From Lama glama (taxonomy: Eukaryota), in assembly GCA_028534125.1 (NCBI GenBank), contig CM052818.1, forward strand, positions 33,296,001-33,360,000: a stretch of 64,000 bases of DNA, read 5' to 3'. This document shows positions 1-14,236 of this stretch, one piece after another. The number at the start of each line of letters is the position of its first letter. The first letter of the stretch is position 1. Below the pieces are notes generated by a model. The model worked only from the letters and a program-made list of their open reading frames with translations, was not told the DNA's origin and did no database searches. A program made the position numbers and the translations under genes.

Positions 1-1254
1 AGCTCTTGTCCCCGTCCCCACTGCACTGCTGAAAGCTGATCATCAGCTTCCTCCAGCACCATCCCCAAGCTCATGGAGCCACCCCAAGAACCCTAGGGGT
101 CACAGAGCAGCCCTGGGGCTCAGACAACTCAAAACAAGAATTACCAACTAGTGTCCCTCCTCCCAAAAGGGCATTGGTTAGACATGTGCTCTCTGCCCCA
201 CAATGCCATTTCTCAAATGCTTTATAAGCCACTTAAAAAGAAAACTGTGTACCCATAATTCCCTGAAGATGTCTGGCTGGTTTAAACAATTTCTCAGTTA
301 TGAGCCTTTCCTCTAATGGGGATCTGTTGGAAAGCTGGCTCTTCGTAATTGAAAAATGGGATCGCCACAATTGTAAGCCACCACTAATAAATCCACAGAG
401 AACCACACCTAAAGGTTTAACTTTGTAGTAGTCTCCAGACATTTGACTAAATAACATTAAATTAAAAGAAAATAGCATGGATAGTAGAAATCTTTCACCT
501 ACCAGATTCTGACAACCCTTGGACCACAAGTTTCTGTACTTTCCAAACTTTCCTATTCACCACTGTCACCAACACCCACCAAATCACATCCTTCACTCCT
601 CTGCCCACACTCACTATTTCATTACGAAGTCTCACCTACCTACTGGGGTTTTTTAAAAAAAACAATTTATTATGTCCCTTCCCATGCTCCCTTAATTCAG
701 TTGTCTGGATAAACGTGCATGTAATATCGGCATGTGCCAGATGCTAGCGCTTGTGCCTCCCCCCAACCCCCCAAAAAGCCATGAAATATTTAGAAAGTAC
801 CTCCCAGGAGTTCAACTTTTAATTAGGAATAATGGAAGGGAAAACAAAAAAGCACATTTGTGTGGCTGTGTGGGTGGTGACTGTGTGTAGGTGCACGTGT
901 GTGGGCTCCTTTAAATTGTAGCTTCTGCAGCCCAGCACTGCGGCTGAATGCATGGGGGACAGGCTGTCAGCACCATGTGTGAAGAGAGACACTGACACGG
1001 CTGGCCAGGTGGCGGAGGGGCCTGGAGGGCCTTGGCTACTGCCCAAACACACGGCAGGCTCTGTGCCTGGGGCCCAGCAAAAGAGAACATACTAAACACC
1101 TGGCATCTTCTGAGTTTTTGAGAGGATGTGAAACCCTTCTGGATCGTTACCTTTTACCCAACTGAACTCTGGCACCTGACTGAGCTACAGCCAGGATCAC
1201 CTGTGACTGAACATCCATACTGGTCCCGTCACAGTGCCCAAAAATGCAGGCACA

Positions 1255-1626
1255 CTCTTGCCCCGGGGCCTCCTTCACATGTCCCTTCTGTCTGGAATGC
1301 CCCTCCTCTCCTTCACCTCGTCGAAGAGTGTTACTCTTCCTTCAGTGTCCTAATCAGGAGCCACCTCTTCTGTGAGTCCTGGGGCCCTGGAGCAGACAAA
1401 GCTCACCGCTCTCTCGGCTGGGCTCCCGTGGCTCGTGTGCACACCTCCAGCACAGGATCCGTCACACTGTTCAGCTAGTTACTTCTGTGCTCGTCTCTAC
1501 CAGTAACTGTATTCTTGAGGGTCTGGCATCTGCATCCTTACTCCACAACTCCCTAAGTACACCCAAATAGTGTCGGTAGAGTGCCTGGCGTGTGACAGGC
1601 ACTCAAAAAACTGGTAAATGAATAAA
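1255..1626 (+). mobile_element. L2 LINE 3' remnant
   Basis: Contains 'ccttctgtctggaatgccc...ttactcttccttcag' and the terminal 'agagtgcctggcgtgtgacaggcactcaaaaaactggtaaatgaataaa', typical of L2 3' ends. Confidence 0.7.
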
Positions 1627-2344
1627 GGACTATACTTTTTTTTTTAATTCTTAACAAACAGAAACTCCTGAAATGCTTTGACATAAATCAATTCACTCAG
1701 AATATAGGAATTTTAGATCAAATGCTTTCTCCCTCAGCCATTCAACTGAAAAGAGAATTCTGTTCATGGTACTGAAGCTCCAAAGTATGCTTTCCATACC
1801 AGTAAAATTTCCAGGCATGAACTAAAGCAGGATTGAGGCTGCCAGACAGCTTAAACCACAGGTGATCACTTGAAACAGAGAAAGGACAAAGGCATTAATG
1901 AGAATAAACAAAAATTCCCCAACTCTGCCAACTTCTTTTCTATTTAAAAAACCTCCCACAATCCCTATTTAAAAAGTCAAAGTGTCAGTCATGCAATAAT
2001 AAATAATCATAATGCAGGCAAAGCTGCATCAGGCAAGTAGGATCAAGAAGGAGGGCAGACGTCTCAAGCTGTGTTACGCTGCTGCCTTTTTATAATGTTG
2101 AAAGCTTAAGAATTTGGCTTCCAAATAATGAAGGAGACGGAGAGTAGAAAGGTCCAAGAAATGGAGGGTACAAATGTAAGTGTGAATATTGCCAGTCCTA
2201 AGAGGTGAACACTCCTGAAAACTGTTTCGGGGGTCAAACAGCAGTAGCACAGGGCTCCAGAATGGCGACAAGGAATCCCTTTCCAGAAACCACCTTTGCC
2301 GCTGAGAGTTTCAGGGCCACGCAGTGAGGCATTAAGTGGCAGCT

Positions 2345-2765
2345 ACTTTCTTAAGAACAGTGTATCAGCACTTTTTAACTTTCCCGTCATGATAAACGTT
2401 ATATAAGCAGTCATGATTGGTTTTCCTTTGGATCTGTCTTTCCTCCCTACGTGAGCTTCTTCATTTTGAATTTATTTGTATAGTTTTACTGTCCTGTTGA
2501 CTCAAACCTGACTCAAGTATTGTGCTGATTTTATTTTGAATTCTTGGATTATTACGCGAGGGTGAACATTGTTCTGTATCTGTTACCTGTCTTATTTCTT
2601 CTTTTGTAAATTGAAGGATATTATTCTTTATTCTTTTACAAAGAGATCTTAAGTGTTCTTCTGATCAATTTATACAGAAATGATGTTAACTTTCGTTATA
2701 TTTGTGACAGATAACTTTTCAGTTTGTTTTTAGATTGTTTTCATGATATTTTTGACACAGAAGAA
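2345..2765 (-). mobile_element. Old L1 (L1ME-like) fragment
   Basis: T-rich degenerate antisense L1 ORF2-end signature ('ttatttcttcttttgtaaattg', 'gttatatttgtgacagataacttttcag'). Confidence 0.5.
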
Positions 2766-4439
2766 GGGTACAGATTGAATGGTTGGGTAAATCACTCCTG
2801 ATTATGTCATTAGTAGATACTGTAGCTGAGATTAGAACCCAGGCCTGTCTGATCCCCCAGCTCACGTCCTTAAATAATTTGCTAAACAGAATTCATCGAT
2901 TTTGGTACAAACTCTATTAATGATGCAGAACCAACACTGGGGCTGTCAATTAGTACATTGTAATTTGGGTTTTTTTCTGCTTTTTAAAGCTATATTTTTT
3001 GCTGCTACCAAAGTATGCCCATAGCAGCCTACCTATTTTCTTATATGTTGCTTCACATATGCTGTGGGTATAAAAATTGACTAGCCAAGTTTGCCAGGTC
3101 AGTATAAAACAAAACCAGAGTGAGTCTTTAACATAGGTCCTGTAACACTGAGGCTCCCTTTTTTCCCGAGTCCAGGGATCAAAGTTCTTTTCCAGGGGGT
3201 TGCCAAGAGTCTCACCTTTGGGTAAGTGGGGTTTTTCCAAGGGATTGTAATATGACCTTTCCATAACAGGCACCTGATAAATGTTCAATGAAGATGAAGA
3301 AATACATTTTTTTAGTTTTCTAAATTATCCAAGAGAAACTTTTCCAGTCAAGATTAGAAAAATGGAAATTTTCCATACACAGGGAAATAATTGGAACGTC
3401 ATTTTTATAAGAAAAAAAAGACCTAAAATTTTCTTTAAGTTAAAAGCTTACTATTTTCATTCTCATGGAAATCTAAACATTACAGACCAATGCATTTGTT
3501 TTCTAAAGAGAAATACATAATTCATTTTAAAGAAGTCAGCTATGAAAAATAATTCTATCAATTGAATTGAATGGAGTGAATCACATTTTCCCATTAAGTT
3601 CCATTAAAAAATTTATAATATTGAGTCAAATTTGGCCTACTTACTCAAAGATGTCCCTAGACTACTTAAACTCAGTTAAAGAAAATATTTTTTTCAATCA
3701 AAGTAATAAAAAATGCATCCCAAATAAGTCACAAAACTAAAATTCCAAGTAAAGTCTTAAAATTCCATAAATCTGCTGCACTGGGAGTGGACCTCTAGTG
3801 TGAAAAGATAAGCCGTAGGCATAGTGTGGTCCTTGGAACTAATCCTATAACCCCTTCCCCGTTAAGGTAAATACTTCTTTCTAAAAGTCTTCTAAAATTA
3901 ATTGCTCTGTAAGATGACTCCTGATAGCTTATTTACAATCCTGGGAAAGACTGCTCTGTAACTACTAATAATGTAATATACTTCAAACAGTCTATGAAGA
4001 ACTACAATTCACAAATATGTAAAACTTACTTATTCTGTGACTGATACCTCCCAGGCTTTGTATTTGGTTTTGTATCAGCAGTGGGTATAGAAATATAAAT
4101 AATATATGGTCTCTAGAATTTTCCAACTAGTGGCAGAGACAGATAAGTTGAAAAACACTTTAATTCTATAAGATAAGAACTATTACAGAGCTTAAAGAGC
4201 CATGTAGGAGTATGAAAGAAAGTATTCTTAACTCTGTCTGGTAGAACAGTACCAAGAAAGGTTCTGGAGAAGAGGTGGCATTGGATCTGGATCTGGAAGG
4301 AAGGGTAAAAACTGACTAGGAAAGCAAGATTACAGGGGGAAAATGTAGGAAATAAGTTTTCTCATGCTGTCTCTTAAATGTAGGTACATATACTTAGAAA
4401 AATCTATCTGTACTTGTGCCCAAAATAAATCTGTAACCA

Positions 4440-4600
4440 TCAGAAAAGGAAGTGTTAATAATAACTAGCATTATTTCATAAACAAATCACATCAGATCAC
4501 TCTAATTTTCTTCTGGGATGGAAGAGGTAAAAACAGTAAAGTTATCTAGAGGATTCAGGTAAATGCTCTGCCTAACATACAGATATCTCGTGGTATGAAT
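4440..4600 (+). mobile_element. L3/CR1 RT-region remnant
   Basis: 'aaacaaatcacatcagatcactctaattttcttctgggatgg...ggattcaggtaaatgc' resembles the CR1 RT motifs as recalled. Confidence 0.35.
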
Positions 4601-5789
4601 TATCCATACATACGACGGCCAGTTCCACACTTCTTCCTCCCCTTGCCGTCCACATTGGAAGCCTGGCAGAATGCAACTGAGCTGCCTGCGGCTGACAGCC
4701 CCATCTGGTGGTTGGGATGGGGAGCTATGTGGTTAGGATTTCTGTCCCTCTACTTTTCTTCCCCAGAGGGAAGAATAAATATTGTTTCCTCACTGTTTCC
4801 ACTTTCTCCCTATAGCTCAGGATCCCCAGCACTTGGCCTTCAGTACACTAATATTTATTTTTTAGATTCTCAATATTTATAGAACCGAATTGTTACAAAT
4901 GAGAAATCACTAATACAAGACTTCTGTATGGCCCTTTCCATTTCCCCCAAGTACTTATATATTTTCTGTGTAGCTTTAGCTCAGTCATCCTGGTGTGAAG
5001 ATGAAGAACATGGCTGCATAAATCACCAGGATTCTCAGCAGCCTGTATTAAGCACAGTACACAGAGATGATGTCGGTCCATTGGTCAATTACTTGATGAA
5101 TACAGTTCCTATCTTCTCTTCAAATTCTTAATCTGTTATCTTGGGAACTGTTCTTCATTTTATTTGTAAGGCAAAAGTCACAAGAAATCACCCAAGAGCA
5201 GTGCTAGTTATGTACACAATTGCAGCTGGGCTAATGGAGGCTGAAGACTGAGATAATAAAGAATGATTTATTTCAGGAGTTTCTGTTTGTTAAGAATTAA
5301 AAAGAATGATTTAAATCTACTAATGATTTATTAGTAAGTAGTTATTAGTTTTACTTCACTATTTAAGCTGTTGAAGTGCTTAAAAAAGAAAAAACTCAAA
5401 TATTCCAGAAGTCTCCCAGTACTTTTTCATTTTTCTTTAATTAAGACTGCTTTTTCTAATTCCTAAACTTTTTCAATTTTATTTTTCTGGGATATTTAAT
5501 TACTTAGGATGCAACCATTCAAAAAGCAGAAGAGAGAGAAGGGAGATGATAGGAAGAACACAGGAAAAGCAAATGAGAGAAAATTTAAAAGGCAGTACAG
5601 CAAGGAAGTACTACAGGCTCAAAAGTCAAAGTTATAAAAAGAATATAAAAGAAAGAAAACCTGGAAGAAAAAATGGTGACAACTACACGGGGTCTCTGAA
5701 GGACCTGAACTGATTCTCAACTCTAAACTGTATTCGTTTAATACACATTCCAGCTCATTTGAGAAAATATATGTAATAAAACACAGAAA

Positions 5790-6013
5790 TGTATGAACTC
5801 TGGAAACAAAGTAGGAAAGTGATTGCCGGGGGCTAGAGGTGGGGGTGGGAGGTTAGGGAGAGGCTGGTAAAAGGGTACAAAGTCTCAGCTAGAAGATGAG
5901 TGAGGTCTGAGGGTCTATGTAAACATGGTGACTGCAGCTGATAAACACTGGATTGCACAACTGGGATTTGCGAAGAGAGTAGAACTGAGATGTTCGTATC
6001 TCCCATACTCAAA
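5790..6013 (+). mobile_element. L1MA9/10-like 3' UTR fragment
   Basis: 'gtgattgccgggggctagaggtggggg...aaagggtacaaagtctcagctagaagatgagtgaggtctgagggtctatgtaaacatggtgact' follows the L1MA 3' UTR pattern. Confidence 0.8.
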
Positions 6014-7020
6014 TTTTTGGGGCCATTCTGGCTCAGTTTTTTCTTTAACCTTTCTAGTGTCAGGTATGTTGTCCTATAAAACAAAGAGGCCTGATGATAC
6101 GATCCTTAAGGCCCCTTCTAGAAGGGTTTATTTGTTTTTTTTTAACATCCTCTGACTCTATAAACAATTAAAAAATAAAGAAGGCCCAGTAGAGGAAAGG
6201 CAGATGAAGAAGCCTGAAGGAATGTGAGATTTACAAAATGCACAGAAATTCTAATAAAATGATGGTATTTTCCAGGTAAGCACCTCTAATTATTAAAGGG
6301 ATTGATTAAAGTAACCAAAAACGGTTGTTTTTATTCAGGATATACCCTGGAACACCAAAATAGCTACCACCCTGCCACCACCATTCTCCCAACTCCCCCC
6401 CGAAATCACAAATGTTTCCTTTGAAATATTCCTGTTTCTCCAAGTTGGATGTGTCATTATCCAAGAGAGGTGTCAAAGCTTAACTTTCTTACTCAGTTTC
6501 ACATTTTGAATCTATAAAATGAGAAACTTAACACTGACCTCTCTTGCCAAGGTGTTGCATACCACATTTAATATGTCATTTAAAGGCCTTCAGTTTAAAG
6601 ACACTTGAGAAATACAAAGTATCATTATGTTAATTACTATTATTATAAGGCTCCAGAGCTTAGACCAGCTATATTTTGATGTCTAATATACTACTTAGTC
6701 CTGTGTGACCCAGGAAGGTGATTTCCAAGCATCCCATGTGCGTAGGTCCGCTGGCTCATCTATTTCTGCAGCTCCATATACAAGAGGCCTCAGAGGATGG
6801 GTCCAGTGACTTGGGTTTAGATATTACTGTCGGAGCCTAACTTTCTCTGTAATGCTATTGAATACCAGGGAAAGTATGACCCTACTCCTTCAGAGGAGTG
6901 TGCTTCAAAGAATTCAAATCAAAGAGAGTCTATAGAGAAAAAAAGTCCAGAACTCAATCATGCATGTCCTGGAGAAAATTAGGTAATAAATCCCAAATAA
7001 ATGCTGATCCAACTTCAAGG

Positions 7021-7180
7021 CAGAAGTTCTCAAACTCTGTGTGCACACCACCACCTACAAAGCTTTTAAAAATGCAGATTTCTGAGCCCTCAAAATTCTG
7101 ATTCAGTAAGTCTGGGACGGGTTCAAGAAATGTATACTATAAACAAGTGGTCTCCTGACCACATTTTTGAGAAGTATTGC
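7021..7180. mobile_element. MER5-family hAT-Charlie MITE
   Basis: TIR-like ends 'cagaagttctcaaact' and 'tttgagaagtattg', with internal 'aaaaatgcagatttctg...ttctgattcagtaagtctggg'. Confidence 0.75.
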
Positions 7181-10100
7181 TTTGGGGTTCCATTTCATAA
7201 AACAGTAAAATTCTGATTCAACACGTTCAACAGAGATTTAAGAGGTCTCAATGACAGCAACAATAACTGGAAAGTATTATTACTTTTTAACACAGTTTCA
7301 ATTAAACAGCAATTCAAGTGGCTGAGATTTAGACTAGTATTTCTGAAGTCTTGACCAGAAAGAAGCTGAAATGAGTAACCATTCCAGAAACGCCACATCA
7401 AGAAATCCACGTGTATATGAAGAGAATACTGCAGATGACTAGCCTTATAGACAGAAAAAGTGATTTACATGCTTTGCATTCTCAAATACACCTCCTAGCA
7501 CCTCCTAGAACAGGTGTGACAATGGACCAATTTAATGCCCATCAAAGAAAAAGTAAAGTTAAAAAAGTGAGCAAAAAGGCATTTGTGAATAAGCCTCTGA
7601 AAAGAGGAGCATCCAAGAAACGGGATCCAAAATCCTAATGTGTCTTTACATTCTTAAATGCTAAAGCCATGGGGGAGAAAAAAACAACTCGATGTGAAAT
7701 GTTATGAGGTGTTAATGTATCAAAGTGTTACCCACTAAGAATAACACACAAAACTGCTCAAGTGATTACTGGAAGCTTTTATCACAAAGACAAGTAGGGA
7801 TAGAAGAGATGTAGCTGAATGAAGCAGAGGATGGCTTTGAAGAAAAGAAGAACTGTCTACACACACTCACCCCCCAAATAAATTACAGATTGAACTACTG
7901 ACAAGGAAAAGCATGTAACTTATGTGAAACTCTCGGTGTAGTCACCAGCCAAATCAACTGATCTGTAATTAGGGCTCAATGCTAGTAGCTGGTGAGTCCT
8001 TTAAGACTCAGCTCAAATCACACCTCTTCTGTGAAGCCTTCCCTTCCTTACCCGGCAAGAGATTACAATTATTCGTGATTACAATGCTGGTTTTTGGTAT
8101 TCTGGTATTATACTATTTTTACAAACCAAAATACTGATATTTCTGTTGGTGTTACAGCGTGAATTCAGAATGAGTGAGCAGCTTCATTCATCCCGGGGTC
8201 TCTCCAACTGTTGATTCTCTCCAATTTCTTCCCTGTCCCTGGTCCTGCCTCCCCAACCACTCACCACAGTCACCTTCCCTGTAAAGCAGGGAAGCCTCCC
8301 AGCTCCTCCTTGTACTCAGCTCCAGCAACGTCCCCTCTCCTAGCTAAAACCAAACACTTGCAGGAGTGGGAAGACCCTCTGAAGATCAGGGACCTCTTCC
8401 CTGGGGAAGGGTTGGCCTAGAAAGAAATCGAAGCTGGTATCAAGGCCACTGGCCAGAGGTGAGAAGTTGCCTAGTGCACAGCAAGAGTCCTGAAACCCTG
8501 AGACAGGAAAGCATTTGAATCGCGGCAAGAAAGCTCCACAGCCCCCCACTGCATTGATGTGACAATGCCATGATGCCAGGGAAGAGTGCAGAGGGGCAAG
8601 CCCTGAGGGGTCTGTGGATCTTCATTCTAAAATTTTAAGCAAGAGTTTGAAACCTTTAAGAGGTGTGTTGCTAAACAGAAATGTGGCTCTTTTGAGCACG
8701 CAGAGGAGTAATGCTGGGGGAGGTCTGCTGTAGCCAAAACGCCTCAGGAAAACATGCCTACTCAGCGAGTTTACTCTTACAGAGTCCAGCATGATCGATT
8801 CATTTGGATTACGCTTTTAAAAGCAGCACCTGGGAGGATTAGGTTATCACTCACTCACAGAGCTGTGTAAGTCATCTGGTCGTGAGCCATGCAAGTGTTT
8901 ACGACCACGAGAAGGGAGGAAGGCCGCTGAGACCAAAAGGGGCCCGAGGTTCCAAGAAAACTCGGAAGCTCTCCTCTCCAACAAAGGATTTGAATTGAAT
9001 TTTCTGTTTAGGTAAAGCTGGAGGTAGTTTAAACAGCAAATGTTAAAAATTTTCATTTATTAATAAGGAAGAGACCAACTTGTACCAACTATTTTTAACT
9101 ATCTTGCCCTAAATCATAGTTTTTCTCATATCTGTCATTAAAGTATTAGTAAGTAGTTATTAGTTTTACTTCACTATTTAAGAATTATTGTAGAAAAATC
9201 TGACCGTCAAGTGGAAAAGTATGCCTTTATCTTTCTTTCTTAGTTATTTCACTCCTCAGGGGCAGCCGATCTGCCTGGAGCACACAGGCATAAAGATCCC
9301 AAGTCCTCTGCAGTCAACAGTAAGACCTGCAAACACGGCGTCCAGGAGAGACTGCAAAACCTCAGATATGCCTACTTTAGAACTTACAAAGCAAAACCCT
9401 AAATCACAGGGATCTTTAAGGACCCTAACCACTATTCACCAGGCACTCACTAATCCATAGCTATCTCACCCACAAATCTGATAGGTGCGTTACCGTGGCC
9501 CCCTGTTTTCTTTGAGTCAGGCCCCTGGAAGCTACTCATGCCAAGTTCCCTATCAAGAACCATAATTGGCAAGGATGTTGAATAGTAAGAGGTTTTTCAT
9601 CATTCTCACAGCCTTGTTTTCTAATGATTCTTCTCCCACTAATATGATAAAGAAATTTCTATGGATGATCGAAAAAACAAAGAACTGCAGCTGCTGGGAG
9701 GGCCATCCAGCTCAGTTCCCATGTTTTAAAGGGAAGGGAAGTGGAACTCTGACAGGCAAGGTGACTTACTAACCTAGGTCCCATGGCTCCAGTGAGAGGC
9801 AGAAACCAGGGCAACAACACGGTACTCCTGCCTTCCAGGCTGGTCCTCTCTCCCCAGGTCTCACTGTCTTTCCAAGAGAGAAGCACCACTCTTTCCAAGC
9901 CGCTTTCTAACTGCTTAGCATGAGTGATGACCTCGAACGGGCCCTCCTTTAACAGTCACTAAGCCACTTATAGAGTGCTCTCCGTTAGTTTACCTTATAT
10001 ATAGTTCAACAAAGTTATAAGCCCAAACCTACATCGGAGCATCTGTCAACAGAGCCACAATCTTTAGAGGAAAGAGAAAGCAGTGAGTTCACTCCTCTCT

Positions 10101-10232
10101 GGTGGTTTTAGGAAAAAGAAACAGCAGTCCTCGAGCTTTCCTCCTTCCACACCGGGTCACCCCGCGTCCAGGGCACGCTTTGTCTGTTACTATAAGCCCT
10201 GCAAACGGCGCCCTTTGCCCAAGTGGAAGGGA

Positions 10233-10460
10233 TGTGGCGTAGTAGATAGACTATGATCCTCGGAATCAGAGAAGGCTGATTTTAACCTTCCCCCTACTTT
10301 TTACTCGCAATGTGAGTTACTCAGCTTGTCTGAACTACAGTTCCTTCACCTGTAAAATATAAAGCATCATAGGGCTTTTACCAGGACAAAATGAGGTTAC
10401 ATGTTTAAAGCACCTAGTTCGGTGTCTGGTTCACATTAGCTCCTCAAAGAAATGAGTTCC
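10233..10460 (+). mobile_element. MIR SINE
   Basis: Core 'cagttccttcacctgtaaaat' and tail 'atgtttaaagcacctagttcggtgtctggttcacattagc'. Confidence 0.75.
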
Positions 10461-12494
10461 CTTCTCCCCTCTTCTGCTATTATTGTTAAGATTTTAGACA
10501 AGTAATTTAACAAGTTAGCCTCCCCTACATAATGGAAGATAATATATGCTTCTGATGAAAAGAGGCTATATAAAACGAAATATTATTATTAACCATCAAG
10601 ATGAATACCTGGAGGCATTAATTCACTTTATAAAATATGCAAAGGTACCAATTCACTAAGAAATGTGCTTCGGCAGGAGCTTGTCCGAGGGTGCCAATTT
10701 GCTGAAGTAAGAGGTATGCCAGGGCCAAAGTGCCGAGAACACTGACTAGGGCAGCCAGAGAAGGAAGCTTAGTTTTCTACAAGAGATGTTTAGCACCGAA
10801 GTGAAAATCTGAAGAGGGCTAACCGCAAGGAATAAGCCGAGCTAAAGGAAGCAGCGACAGCACAGGCCTGCAGCGCTGCAGTGGGCAGGGCACGAGACGC
10901 CTGGGCCCGGGAAGCTCCAAGTTCTAGCTCCAGACCTGCCGGAAGAGGGGGCGAGAGAGATGGGCAAGCCCTTCAAGGTATCTGTGTATTGACCTGAACC
11001 CTGGAAAACGTGGACGGCAACACCTGTCCTATCTAGCCTGCAGAGATGATAGCGGAGAACATACTTCCAAAGTAGGAAGTGCAATATATACGGAGAGCGA
11101 AAATACTGCTACTCAGCCAGCACGCAAGGATGGGAAATAAAAGACTAAAATAAGGAAGCCCCGAAGGGTGATGACAAGACAGGCAGATGGAAGCCATCAC
11201 CCTGACTAGAGGACACCAAGTGAAGATGCCAAGGAAGTAACACCAAAGGGCTGGGAGCTGTGTACCCAGAACTTGAAGTCTAAGCCACCAGGGGACTGGC
11301 AGGTGATAAATAGGCACCATAAACACTTAAGTTATATTCAGCTTGGTTTCAAAAAAGACAATGAAAACACGACAACCATACCACTCTTACCATTCCTGTC
11401 CTTAGAACAGTACACCAGGTCTAGGGGGTCTTTCAATTCCTATCTTCACTGTAATAAGTGACAAACAACAGGGAAATGCCTTGCGATGACCACTCAAGAA
11501 TCTGGATCATGGGGTAATAAGCTTTTGTGGACAGGCCGCATGTCTGGTTTGAGCCGGCTGGCTTTCTCTGGGGGACAAAGGGTCCCCATAGGCAATATAC
11601 GGAGACAACCATTTATCGCAAGGATACTCAGAAACATAAAGAAGAAAGGAAAGTTCTCCATCCGCTCTGTGTTCACTCTGGCTCCAGTTCTCCTGGCTCA
11701 GGGATGTGGAATGGGTTTTATAAGCAAAAAGGAAAGTTGCTCACCACTCTTCCAGATAACAACCCAGAACTGAGTGACAGCTCAGCTGCTATTTGCTCTG
11801 CATTTATACTTTGCAGAGAGAAGACATGCCTGAGCTTTGTTTGGGGGCCTCTTGCTTGTGGACTTCTACTGGATGAACCGAGCCTAAACAATCTGCTGTG
11901 ACTCCATCACTGCTGGCTCCCCGCCATCCCCTCAACAAGACCAGCTGTACAACTGACAGCCACTGAAGAGAAAGAAAAAGGACTTGGTCCCACCCCCTCA
12001 AAATGTGGTGATATACATGGCAGGCACTATGGCTTGAGTACATCCAGTTTCCTTGGTAACCTGACTATGTACTGAATGGTTTCCATGGCAAAACATGTCC
12101 CAGAGTCCAAATAATCGACAGACACATACAATTTGAAATGTAACTTATTAGTGGGTGCTGCCCATACTTGAAAAATAAGTAAGCTTAAAAACCAGTCCTG
12201 GTAACCTTACTGTGGCAACAACATAGATGCCTCTGTGCAGCCCGATTCAGGAAAGGGGAAAGCCAAACCTAAAACGTACCAGCCTGAGCTATGTGACACT
12301 GTCCCTGCAGATGCCACGTCCCAAGAGATGAGATCCTGATCTGAAGGTAACAGGCCAGACAACCCCAGAATAAGAGTAAAGTACTTCTGGGATTCCTAGA
12401 AATCTCTGCTAAAAATACAAATAAGATTCTCAAATAAACAACCAAACAAGGTATTCAGTTTACAATCTGGAACTCAAAGGAAAAAAGTTATTAC

Positions 12495-12690
12495 TTTCCT
12501 TCTCAATTGGAGTGACAGCACCTCCCAAGGGGGCATATGAAAATGTATGGGGACATATTAAGTGGTCTTAATTACTGATGGGTTATTCCTGCAGCAGGCA
12601 GGGCTAAGGATGCTAAAGTCCCGCACTGAGCAGGGCAGGACCACACAACTAAACGAGTGTAACATCCAGGTTAAAAAATGTGTCATATTA
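12495..12690. mobile_element. MER20-like hAT MITE
   Basis: 'ttctcaattggagtgacagcacctcccaagggggcatatgaaaatgtatgggg...aggatgctaaagtccc'. Confidence 0.6.
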
Positions 12691-13555
12691 CCGAAAGAAT
12701 TTCCTAATGGGAAAAATGATCCATTTTTAATGTCTCTCTTGCCACTTGTCTTTTTTTCTTTAAAAACAAAAGCTAAAAAGGGAGGTGGCAAAAAAATCTA
12801 AATAATATTTTTAAAGTTCTTGATCTGTTTCAGGAGGGTTTTATGTATCACAAAGATGTGAACTTAAGAAAATGACATAAAAGAAAGTTAAAAAGTGATT
12901 TGTTAAAATGAAGAAGGAAGTGACTTTAATTTCTAAGAAAAGACAGGGCTCCAAAGAGCTGGCAGGAGGAGAGGCTCCATGCCGGGCGTGGCAGGGCAAA
13001 GCTGCTCTGGGGCCTGCCTGCCGTATCTTTGAGTTCAGAGCCGTTGGGCCCAAGGTCAGGGTCTATATAGACCCTCTCTTCACTCTGCAACTAGCTGAAA
13101 CTTGCTAGTTGTCCTGTATGCAAGCACTAGTGATTATGTAGAGGAACAGTGATTAAGTGCAAATTCCTCCTTTCAGATCTTCAGAAAGGCTCCAGATCAT
13201 GGGCAGATCCTCCAGATCCTACTTTGCTCTGCAATGTGTCCAATTTCCAGCCCAAGACAATCTGCTGAAATCAGAAGACTTCCTCAGTTCTAGGACTCCC
13301 TCTGGGAATCCTGAGCACCTTTACATCTGGACTGAACTGAAAAGCCCATATATTGACTTCTCTTAAAATTCCTAGAAATGCTGGGAATTTGGTCTTTATA
13401 AGAGTTTTTCAGATTAAGATCCGAGACAGGATCAGAATGGATTCACTAAGGGTTAAAGACTTCCTAGGCCTTCTAGTTTCGATCAAAGCCCGATTTAGCC
13501 TTATGATCTTAGAGGCTGAGATGCATCCAGAGTCATTCAATAGTTCTAGCATGGC

Positions 13556-14194
13556 CAATAGAAATACAAGCAAAAATAAACAAATGGGACCTAATTAAAC
13601 TTATAAGCTTTTGCACAGCAAAGGAAACCATAAACAAAACAAAAAGACAACCTATGGACTAGGAGAAAATATTTGCAAAGGATGTGATTGACAAGGGCTT
13701 AATTTCCAGAATATACAAACAGCTCACATAACTCAATAACAAGAAAACAAACAACTCAATCAGAAAATGGGCAGAAGACCTAAACAGACATTTCTCCAAT
13801 GAAGATATACAGATGGCCAACAGGCACATGAAAAGATGCTCAATATCACTAATTATCAGAGAAATGCAAATCAAAACTACAGAATGACCATCATTAGAAA
13901 GTCCACAAATGACAAATGCTGGAGAGGGTATAGAGAAAAGGGAACCCTCCTACACTGTTGGTGGGAATGTAATTTGGTGCAGCCATTATGGAAAACAGTA
14001 TGAAGATTCTTTAGAAAACTAAAAATAGAGTTACCATATGATGTAGCAATCCCACTCCTGGGCATCTATCTGAAGAAAACTCTAATTTGAAAAGATACTC
14101 GCATCCCAATGTTCATAGCAGCACTATTTACAACAGCCAAGACATGGAAGCAACCTAAATGTCCATTAATAGGTGATTGGATAAAGAAGCTATG

Positions 14195-14236
<42 letters not shown>

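Noticed and set aside
3645..3656. 12-nt minus-strand microexon (tag|GGACATCTTTGA|gtaagt)
   Set aside because: There is no pyrimidine tract, several competing AGs lie upstream, and it matches no BABAM2 peptide I recall.
4893..5160. Exon-like or pseudogene-like stretch
   Set aside because: It does not match BABAM2. At most it faintly resembles a decayed CR1 ORF2 end, too weak to call.
11486..11901. Overlapping ORFs on both strands (95, 60 and 124 aa)
   Set aside because: No similarity to BABAM2 or any protein I recognise. The lengths are within chance for 64 kb. The region could still be conserved non-coding DNA.
13157..13555. ORF-like unique sequence 5' of the L1, considered as a captured mRNA or endogenous viral fragment
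   Set aside because: No recognisable protein motif in any frame I translated, in-frame stops, and no TSD enclosing it with the L1. A tblastx search against viral proteins would settle it.
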